This document shows positions 8,717-16,356 of a stretch of 17,531 nucleotides of DNA, in pieces. The stretch is taken from positions 2,131 to 19,661 of the forward strand of contig RQSC01001147.1 in NCBI GenBank assembly GCA_013416795.1, written 5' to 3'. The notes under the pieces are model-generated. The model was not told where the DNA came from, ran no database searches, and saw only the letters and a list, made by a program, of their open reading frames with translations. The position numbers and the translations under genes are program-made. Positions within the stretch are counted from its first letter, which is position 1. Each line of letters opens with the position of its first letter. The stretch comes from Prasinococcaceae sp. CCMP 1430 (taxonomy: Eukaryota; Plantae; Prasinodermophyta).

Positions 8717-9219
8717 CGCGGCGAGCGCGGAGGCACCGCCGCCAACTCCGCCCGCGGGCGCCGCCCCGCGAGGGCCCCGNGCCGTAGGGCACGCGCTTGG
8801 GCACGAAATCCGCCAGGAACTCGGCCGGGCCCCCAAGGCGCTCGACGGCGTCGGCTGCGGAGCCAGGAGGGTGGCAGGGATTGAGGCACGAGCGGCCGGT
8901 CGCGGCGAGACGTGGCGAGGCGAGGCGCGCTGGAGCGCGCCGCGCGGCGCGTCTGCTGCTGCCGGTAGGCTCCGCCCACGCGCGCGGGGCGCGCGGGCGC
9001 TGCACGCACGCCGCTGCCTCCGCGCCCGCACGCGGACCGGCGGAGGAGCAATGAGGTGGGCGCCGTACGGGCAGAGATTCAATGCGAGGTGGGTGGGCGC
9101 ACTAGCTGTGCAGACATACTCTGCCACGGGCATGCGCTGTCCAACGCGACTGCGCTGGCGTTCCAGCGATCTGGTGCGTGTTCGCACTGACACATGCATG
9201 CGCCTGCAGGCTCGCGCAG

Positions 9220-9429
9220 ATGAGCGAGCTTAGCTTCGGCTTCGGGACGAGGGAGAGCGTGGCCGCGTGGGGAATAGCGGGAGCCATCGTGGTGGGCTAC
9301 TACTGGTACCCACAGTGGGAGCGCAAGCAGAGGCACGCCGCCGCCAAAGAGCGCATGCGAAGGCTCGCGTCCGATCCGGATGCGCAGCGCGACGCGCGCA
9401 CGCCAGACGCGTCAGACGGCAGGCGCTGA
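9220..9429 (+). CDS. Small (69 aa) single-pass membrane protein; possible spliced 5' extension
   Basis: MSELSFGFGTRESVAAWGIAGAIVVGYYWYPQWERKQRHAAAKERMRRLASDP has one hydrophobic helix followed by a basic amphipathic stretch and coding-like codon use. It fills the space between the E2 (divergent) and HECT (convergent) genes. Confidence 0.6.
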   Translation: MSELSFGFGTRESVAAWGIAGAIVVGYYWYPQWERKQRHAAAKERMRRLASDPDAQRDARTPDASDGRR

Positions 9430-9520
9430 ACGCTCACGCCTGCGCCGCGCCGCCGCAGCTGCCAGCGGTACAAGTACAACAGAGAATTGCAATACAGTCG
9501 CGCGGACAGCGTCCGCGCGC

Positions 9521-12500
9521 TCACGACAGGTGAAAGCCGCTGCCTTGAGAGATCGCGTAGACCAGCTTCTCCGCCAGCGCCTCGCGGGTCGCGTACGGCG
9601 GCAGCTTCAGAAGGTTCATGCACGTCGCAGCAGTGGGCAGCCGCTCGGCCGCGGCAGCCTCACCGACGTGCCCGGCCATCTGCAGGCAGAAGCGCGGCTC
9701 GAGTGCCTTGAAGCCGAGCAGCGGCGCGCGTGAGCAGCTGGTGACGAACTTGACGAGCATTCGCTGCTCCTTGGCCGACATGGACTCCACCACGCTCCAG
9801 AAGTTCAGAACGATGGGATGGTCCTCATGGAAGCCGCTGGCGTACACAGTGAAGTTGCGCATGTCATCGACGTCGATCCTGCCCGCCTTGCCGCTGACGA
9901 GTTCTTGGAGCTCTTTCGGGTTGAAGAGGCTCGCCCACTCCGGCGTGATGAGCGTCCGGAAACCCTGCCCGAAGGCATCGGCGGCAAGGCGAGTCTCGGC
10001 GTTTAGGCGATAGTGCGCCATCAAGTGGACGTACAGCGCCGCATTGGCTTCGGTGACAGGCACCTGCGCGCCGCGGCCGCCGGGCAACAGGCCGACTTCT
10101 CGGCCGTTGGCGGTGGTGGCGGCGAAGGTGAGGCCGAGGTCCTCGGTCGCGGCTCCCGCGCGGCGCACGTAGCGTAGGTTGGCGTCCAGCTCGGCGTCGA
10201 GGCTGGCGAGGTCGGCGGCTCCCGACACGCCGAGCTTGCCAGGCAGGACCTTCCTAAGAAAGTGCTGTGCCAGCGGCAGCTCAAGCAAAATGCCCTCGTA
10301 GACCGCCTTGCCAACCATCTTGCCGAGAAATTCGTAGAGCCTCAGCACGACGGAGGACGTCCCCGCTGCCGGGTCTGGGTAGAGCTCATTGCGCGCGTTG
10401 GCGCGGAAGAGCCCACGCTTGTCGCTGAAACCCTCGAGTAGAAGCTCCTCGAGGAAATCTTTGAAGAGGCCGCCCCCGTCGATGCCGGCCTCTGCCTCGC
10501 CTGTGATGTCGACAAATTGAACGCGAATGAGCCCCTTCACGGCGTCGCCGAGCTTGTCCAACTCGTTCATTCCATCCTCCAGAAGGTTGCCGCGTCGCAC
10601 AGTGATGCCGCGTCCCATGACATGGCCGAATATGTTTGCCCGTCCACGCTTGGACTCGCGGTCGGTGCACACAAGCGTGTGGAACGCCGCAGCGCGCGCA
10701 GAGAACGGCACCAGACAAGGGGCGGAAAGCAACACGGCGCGCACGCGCGCGCCGCTCAGCATCCTGTTGGCGGCCAACGCGTCGTCCTCCGAGTTCCCGT
10801 CGTCTTCAGCAGTGTCGTGGGCAGCTGCTGCCGCCGCTTCAAACGCACCCGCGCCTGCTGTGCCCCACAGCGCCGCCTGCACCTCAGCATTGAATCGTTC
10901 GAGGCCGGCCTGAGACCGAAGCACGGTCGCGTGGAACGCACTCGGCGGCACGAGCTCCAGCGAAGTGAGCCTGTCGTATGCGACGCGAAGGAGGCGACAC
11001 GCAGATGCTCGGATGGCCAGGGCATCGGTGGGCGCCTGCTGCATGGTGGGCGCCCACAGCATATCCCACGCGGCCGAGCGCACTATACCAATGAGGCCAC
11101 CATGAGGGGCACGCGAGTCGTGGAGGGCCGACACGGGGAGAACACCGCCGCGGCTGCCGCCCTCCATGTTACCCCGTAGCTCTTCGGCATCGGCAGACGC
11201 CAGCGTGCGCGTTGCAATCTCGCACACGGCCACCAGCGACGGGACCCACTCCTTGCCGGCCCCGCCGAGGGCCGCGCTTGCCCAGCTCACGTGGCCGGGC
11301 ACGCGGCTCAGCACATCATTCCAAAGCGAGGCCAGCAGATCCATCTTGTACGCGAGCGTGTTGACGAGGCGCGGCGCGAGCGGCCCTGCGCGCGCGAAGA
11401 GGGCGTTGACCAACGAGCAGAGCGGCTTGGACCCCTCGGCGGGGTTGAGCTCTCCGGCGCCGCTGGCAGCACTGGCGGCGCTCACCAATGGGGCGAGCGC
11501 GTCGTCGGCCGCAAGCGTCTCAAGCTGCGCGCTCAGCACGGAATCCGCACTCGCTTGCACACCCCACGGCATCGCGTCGCCCTGCTCTTTCTCGTCAAGG
11601 TCCATGACGTCGCCCTCGGCGCCCACGCTGCACGCGCGCGCCAGAAGTCTGTGGAGCGCATCCGCCGCCGCCCTGGCGTCCGCGGCGTGCATCTGACGAG
11701 GCGAGGCCGCGCAAGCGTCCGCGAGATTGCCGAGGGCAACGGCGCTTGTCTCGCAGTCGAGCGAATTCCAGACTGCCTCGGACACGCGCACCGCCGCGAT
11801 GAGCAGTGCTCGGGAAACCGCCGCTGAGGAGGTGCTTAGCCGCCTCGTCGCACCGCGCAAGCGCAGCAGGCCGTCGGGCGCGGCGAAAGCCGCGGCTGCC
11901 GCACGCCCGCGCTCAGCCGTCGCCGCCGGCGATGCGGCGTATCGTTCGCAGACAGACGCGACGACGCGCGCCGCCAGACAGTCGCCGGCGGGCGCCGCAC
12001 CGTCCCCCAGCCGCACCAGACCCGCCAGCGCCACCGACAACGGCGCGCACCCGCCAGGCGGATGTGTCATTGCCATCAGCCTATCGACCGCCGGCCTCGC
12101 TCCTGCGTCGAGATACAGCGTCGGCTGTGCCAGAGCTACCGCGGCCGTTGCAAGCACCTGGAGCGTCTTCTGTTCGGCCGTGGGCGGCGCTGCGGACTGC
12201 GCGGGGGGCAGTGGCGCCAGCAGCCACTCGGCCGCCGCGGCGCCGCCCGCCGCCGCCGCGTGCAGCGCAGCCACGCACCCGCACAGCAATCTCTCCGCGC
12301 GCAGCCTCCCGATTCGCACGTCGCCCGCAGAATCGAGCAAGGGCAGCGAAGCACCGCTCGTGAAGGCGGGCAGCACGCACAGCTGCGCACACCTCGCGAG
12401 CACGGCGGCGCCATCCGCATCTGTGCCCCGAGCGAAGAACAGCGCGTCTCGGAGCAACTCCCCGCCGCGTGCCGCCGCGTCCTCGGGCGTCGCGCGCTCC

Positions 12501-12754
12501 CCGTGCGCGCCCCATTTTCGCACCCACGCCGCCTTCATCGCTTTTCTCGCGCGATCCCTCTCCACAGCCCCCCTCCATCGCGCCTGCACGCGCGCGGCCG
12601 CCCCACCCCTCGCGCGCGCCTCCGCGCGGCGCTCGCGCTCGCGCCGGTTGCGCTCGAGGATTTCCGCTCGCGACGCCGACGCGCCGCGGCCACGCGACGC
12701 GCCCCCGAGCGCGACCTTGCGCGCCGGCCGCGCCGACCCCGAGAAGAAGTCCAT
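9521..12754 (-). CDS. UPL6: IQ-motif HECT E3 ubiquitin ligase, UPL6/UBE3C-like, 1077 aa, apparently intronless
   Basis: The N-terminus MDFFSGSARPARKVALGGASRG resembles the plant UPL6 start, and there is an IQ motif (AAARVQARWRG). HECT motifs: EAGIDGGGLFKDFL, FLGKMVGKAVYEGIL, and C-terminal RLPTAATCMNLLKLPPY...GFHLS with the catalytic Cys. The frame extends upstream to 12964, but that part is low-complexity. Confidence 0.92.
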   Translation of the reverse strand: MDFFSGSARPARKVALGGASRGRGASASRAEILERNRRERERRAEARARGGAAARVQARWRGAVERDRARKAMKAAWVRKWGAHGERATPEDAAARGGELLRDALFFARGTDADGAAVLARCAQLCVLPAFTSGASLPLLDSAGDVRIGRLRAERLLCGCVAALHAAAAGGAAAAEWLLAPLPPAQSAAPPTAEQKTLQVLATAAVALAQPTLYLDAGARPAVDRLMAMTHPPGGCAPLSVALAGLVRLGDGAAPAGDCLAARVVASVCERYAASPAATAERGRAAAAAFAAPDGLLRLRGATRRLSTSSAAVSRALLIAAVRVSEAVWNSLDCETSAVALGNLADACAASPRQMHAADARAAADALHRLLARACSVGAEGDVMDLDEKEQGDAMPWGVQASADSVLSAQLETLAADDALAPLVSAASAASGAGELNPAEGSKPLCSLVNALFARAGPLAPRLVNTLAYKMDLLASLWNDVLSRVPGHVSWASAALGGAGKEWVPSLVAVCEIATRTLASADAEELRGNMEGGSRGGVLPVSALHDSRAPHGGLIGIVRSAAWDMLWAPTMQQAPTDALAIRASACRLLRVAYDRLTSLELVPPSAFHATVLRSQAGLERFNAEVQAALWGTAGAGAFEAAAAAAHDTAEDDGNSEDDALAANRMLSGARVRAVLLSAPCLVPFSARAAAFHTLVCTDRESKRGRANIFGHVMGRGITVRRGNLLEDGMNELDKLGDAVKGLIRVQFVDITGEAEAGIDGGGLFKDFLEELLLEGFSDKRGLFRANARNELYPDPAAGTSSVVLRLYEFLGKMVGKAVYEGILLELPLAQHFLRKVLPGKLGVSGAADLASLDAELDANLRYVRRAGAATEDLGLTFAATTANGREVGLLPGGRGAQVPVTEANAALYVHLMAHYRLNAETRLAADAFGQGFRTLITPEWASLFNPKELQELVSGKAGRIDVDDMRNFTVYASGFHEDHPIVLNFWSVVESMSAKEQRMLVKFVTSCSRAPLLGFKALEPRFCLQMAGHVGEAAAAERLPTAATCMNLLKLPPYATREALAEKLVYAISQGSGFHLS

Positions 12755-13010
12755 CCCCTCCCACGGCAAGCCAACGACGCCGCGCTGGCGGGCGGCGTGA
12801 GAGGGGGACCTGGGGGGGGGGGAGCGGGGGGGGGACTGCGCTGCGCGCGTTGTGGGGCGCTTGGTCTTCCGGGTTGCTTTCTTCCGCACTGCCATCAAAT
12901 CGAGACGAATCTGTCTGCGTTCCGGATCCATCCATCCGGGACCTCTGGGCATCACGTTTGTCATAAGGATCTACGTCATAATTACTAACGGGAGATGTTA
13001 CCCATGCATT

Positions 13011-14441
13011 TCAGAGCTTGGCGCCGGCACCGGCGGTGGCCAGCGACGCGAGCAGGGCGCCCGCCGCCGCCTCCCCGCTGAGGTACGCCGCCTCGACGCG
13101 ACCCTGCTGGCCCTCAGGCGCCGCCCAGTCGCCGCAGGCCACGAGCGTGCCGCACGGCGATGATGCGACGCGCCGTTCGGCGACCGCGGCGTCCGCGCAC
13201 GGGCCAGGAAAGGCGTTGCCCCAGCGGTGCGCCGACGGGGGCGTGAGCAGGTCGAGCTTGCCCCAGCCTGCTGCCTGCGTGACCTCACGTACCGCGGCCA
13301 GCATCTCGCTCGTGACGTGTTCGAGCGCTGCGTCGTGCGCCTCGGTGCCGCGCGCGGTCATGCCGTGCTCCTGCACCACCAGTTTCGCGAACTCGGCCGA
13401 GGAGTGCGCCGTCCACAGCTCCGCACCCTCGCCATCACGACCCGCCCGGCGCTTGGGTTTGCTGCTCTCTTTGCTGAGCCAAGACAGCACAGGGTTCTCG
13501 GCCACAAAGATGCCGTCCGGCGCGCCTTCCAGCGGCGTGGCCAGCTCCAGCATAAGCGCAAAGCTCGGCGCCGCCCCCTGTGCCGCCGCCCTCATCGATC
13601 CCGCAATGTCGGGCGCGGCTGCCTCCAGCACCGGGGCCATGGCGCGGTCGGTTGCAACCAGCGCGTCGAAACGCATCGCCTCGGTCGCCCCGTTTCGCCG
13701 CACGCGCGCCTCCCAGCCGGCGCCGGCCCCATCGGGCGCCGCCACGCCGAGCAGCTCGGCTCGCGTGACGATGCTGGCCCCGCGCTCCTCGGCCTCGTGC
13801 AGCAGCTGCGCACACAGGTCGGCCATCGCGCCCGTGGCGCCGCCCACCAGCCTCCGCTTCCTCTTGACGTCTTCCACAAAGCGGTCGTGCCGCGAATCAA
13901 GCGTGCCGAAGGTCCCCTCCCACTCTGCGAGAGCGCCGGCCTCGAGGAGCCGCTCGCACGTGCTCGAGAAGCGCGCGCTCTTCGCCGACACGAACTGGCA
14001 GCCGTGGTCCCAGCGTGGCTCAGAATACTCGGGCGGCGCGAACCGGGTGCTGGCACGCCCTCCTACGCTGCGGCCGCGCTCCAACACGACCGCGCGCACG
14101 CCACCCTCGCCGAGCGCGCGCGCGCACGCCAGGCCGGCCACGCCCCCGCCAAACACGCCGACCAGCGGCGCCGCNNNNNNNNNNNNNNNNNNNNNNNNNN
14201 NNNNNNNNNNNNNNNNNNNNNNNNNNNNNNNNNNNNNNNNNNNNNNNNNNNNNNNNNNNNNNNNNNNNNNNNNNNCCTCCTTGCGCGCGAGTTCGGCCTC
14301 GTCGGCAGCCTTTTCAGCTGCGCCGGCTGCCTCGTTTGCGGTTTCGACCATCGACTTTGCTTCGGCTACCTTGGCTGCCTCGTCGGCCGCCTTCACTTGG
14401 GCGAGCTGTGCCTCCGAGTTGGCATGCTCCGCGGCGGCCAT
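13011..14441 (-). CDS. FAD-dependent oxidoreductase, renalase/COG3380-like, with an Ala/Glu/Lys-rich N-terminal segment; interrupted by a gap
   Basis: Rossmann motif VGVFGGGVAGLACA...LERGRSVGGRASTR, WDHGCQF, AHRWGNAFP, and C-terminal ACGDW...RVEAAYLSGEAAA. The start (14441 or 14474) and frame continuity across the 101-N gap are assumed. Confidence 0.8.
   Translation of the reverse strand: MAAAEHANSEAQLAQVKAADEAAKVAEAKSMVETANEAAGAAEKAADEAELARKEXXXXXXXXXXXXXXXXXXXXXXXXXXXXXXXXXXAAPLVGVFGGGVAGLACARALGEGGVRAVVLERGRSVGGRASTRFAPPEYSEPRWDHGCQFVSAKSARFSSTCERLLEAGALAEWEGTFGTLDSRHDRFVEDVKRKRRLVGGATGAMADLCAQLLHEAEERGASIVTRAELLGVAAPDGAGAGWEARVRRNGATEAMRFDALVATDRAMAPVLEAAAPDIAGSMRAAAQGAAPSFALMLELATPLEGAPDGIFVAENPVLSWLSKESSKPKRRAGRDGEGAELWTAHSSAEFAKLVVQEHGMTARGTEAHDAALEHVTSEMLAAVREVTQAAGWGKLDLLTPPSAHRWGNAFPGPCADAAVAERRVASSPCGTLVACGDWAAPEGQQGRVEAAYLSGEAAAGALLASLATAGAGAKL
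14175..14275. other. Assembly gap (101 N)
   Basis: Run of N between the Ala/Glu/Lys-rich segment and the Rossmann motif. Confidence 0.95.
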
Positions 14442-14472
14442 GCCGCGGTGGGACAAATGGGAGGCGGGGGGC

Positions 14473-15458
14473 ATGGTCGCGGCGCGCCGCCCCGCGTCCG
14501 CGCCGCCTCCGACAGCTGCGCTCATCTGGTGCCACGGCCTCGGTGACACAAACCACGGTTGGGGCGACATGCTCTCGCAGACGCTCGCGAGCGCTGGGGG
14601 CGACCACATCAAGCGTGCGTGAGCGCGCGACCGCCGGCGCGCGCGCGGCGCACGCAGCGCGGCGAGTCGGTCGCATGGCACGGCGAGCTGACCCCTGTGC
14701 TGCTCGCGCACTCGTGCGCCTCCCACGCCGCGCGAGCAGTCGTCCTCCCCAACGCCCCGTCGCAGCCGGTCACGCTCAACGGGGGGATGAGCATGCCGAG
14801 CTGGTTCGACATACGGGGCCTCGGGCCGGACACGCCTGAAGCGGCGGGGGACATCGAGGAAGCGGTCGCGTGGATGAAGGAGCTCGCTGCCCGAGAGGTC
14901 GCCGCGGGCATCCCCGCGGAGCGTGTGATCTTCGGCGGCTTCAGCCAGGGTGGCGCGATGGCGCTGCGCGCGCTGCTCACGTCCGAGGAGCGCCACGGCG
15001 GAGCGGTGGCCTTGAGCACCTGGCTCACCCTGCGCCAGACGTACGAGGGCAAGACATTGCCCGAGCACGTGAAGGACGCGCCGGTATTCATGGGCCACGG
15101 CAGCTCGGACGCCGTCGTCGCCTTCGAGCGCGGCCTCCAGTCCAAGGAGCTGGTCGAGGCCATGGGCCTGCGGGCGCTCGAATGGAAGGTGTACCACGGC
15201 ATGGCCCACTCGTCGTGCCCGCAGGAGATGGCCGACCTCGCCAAGTTCCTGCTCGCGGCGCTGCCGGCGGGCTACCAGCTTCCCGCGCCCAGCGAGGACG
15301 AGGTGCGCGCAATGGGCGTCGGCGCCCTCAAGAAGCTCATCACCGCGCGCGGCGGCTCGTACAAGGGGCTCTTCGAGAAGTCCGAGCTCGTCGACGCCGC
15401 CATCGCGCTCCTCCCCAGCAGCGCCGGCGGGCCAGCCCATGGCGCTAGCGCGCTCTAG
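14473..15458 (+). CDS. Acyl-protein thioesterase / lysophospholipase (APT1-like alpha/beta hydrolase) with a C-terminal SAP-like module; exons 14473-14614 and 14740-15458, 286 aa
   Basis: IWCHGLGDT, then the phase-1 intron 14615-14739 (C|GTGCGT...GCTGAC...GCAG) giving HIKLVLPNAP. Further motifs are GGMSMPSWFDI, nucleophile GGFSQGG, HGSSDAVV (Asp) and GMAHS (His). An alternative start lies at 14440. Confidence 0.9.
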
Positions 15459-16043
15459 CGCCTGCGCGCACCACACACGCGCGCGTGGGCGACGCGGGGT
15501 GCGGCGGGCGTCGACGCCACCTGCGGTCGAGCGCACCGCGCTGGCGTCGCGCGGCTGCCCATGCAGCCCGCGGCCCCAGCTCGCGGCCCCATGCGCCGGT
15601 CCCCGTCCCCGTCCCCTCGGCTGCGCCTTCGCGAGCCTCGCGCTCGCACTCCACTTATAAACCCTCTTTCACATCACCCTAACTTTTAGAGCTGCAACCT
15701 CAACCTCCCGCGCGCGCCCCCGCGCGCGTGCGTTTTGCGGATGGAGCCCGCGGGCGCGAATTCATCCGTCATGTGCATGTTTTCGCCTTCGACTCGTCGC
15801 CATTTGAATGTCCGCTGGGCGCGCTCCCAAATCAATTCATTTCGACCAAGCGCATTGGCGCATGTCATGGGCATTCGCCCCGCGAGTGTGAACGTGTTCT
15901 GACCTCACTGGCCGAACACGTATGTGTGAATTCGAAATGACAACGGTAATGCCATTTGACGTGTGAGAGCGCGCCGGGCGCGCGCGCGCGCGGGGATCTC
16001 TGGCGATCTCCGATCCCGCGCGGCGCGGCGCCGCTGCCGCCGG

Positions 16044-16061
16044 AAAAAAAAAAAAAAAAAA
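16044..16061. repeat. Poly(dA) tract (A18)
   Basis: Homopolymer in the region between the convergent thioesterase and kinase genes. Confidence 0.85.
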
Positions 16062-16356
16062 CGCCAACGCGTGCGCGCGTTCGTCCGTCAATTGGGCCCG
16101 AACGCGCGATGGGTGGCCACTACTTTGTACTTTACGGATTGGATTTCGGTGGGATGGGGCTGCGCTTTTGGAAAAGGCACACACACACACCCCAGATAAG
16201 ATCTGGGTGACATGGCTGCTGGCGCAGCGGCGTGCCACTCGCGCGGCACGCGGCGGGCCACCCGCGTCTCCCTCCCTCCCACCGCCGCCACCGCGCCCCA
16301 TCTCCCCAGTAGCAGCGCTTCGACTTGTCTGTCGTCCGTGCCATCGCCGCAGCGCC

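Noticed and set aside
12755-12964. 70-aa N-terminal extension of the HECT E3
   Set aside because: It is low-complexity (SPPRSPPPRSP from C-tracts), and similarity to UPL6 starts at MDFFSG.
9618-13227. Many long Arg/Ala/Pro-rich alternative-frame and antisense ORFs
   Set aside because: They are the expected shadows of high-GC coding sequence and carry no domain motifs.
13011-15536. 841-aa ORF as one protein
   Set aside because: The part above about 14474 is the antisense shadow of the thioesterase gene and its intron.
15973-15982. GCCGGGCGCG matching the 7SL/Alu 5' end
   Set aside because: The match is too short for a CG-rich genome, and no downstream SRP RNA sequence or Pol III boxes are present.
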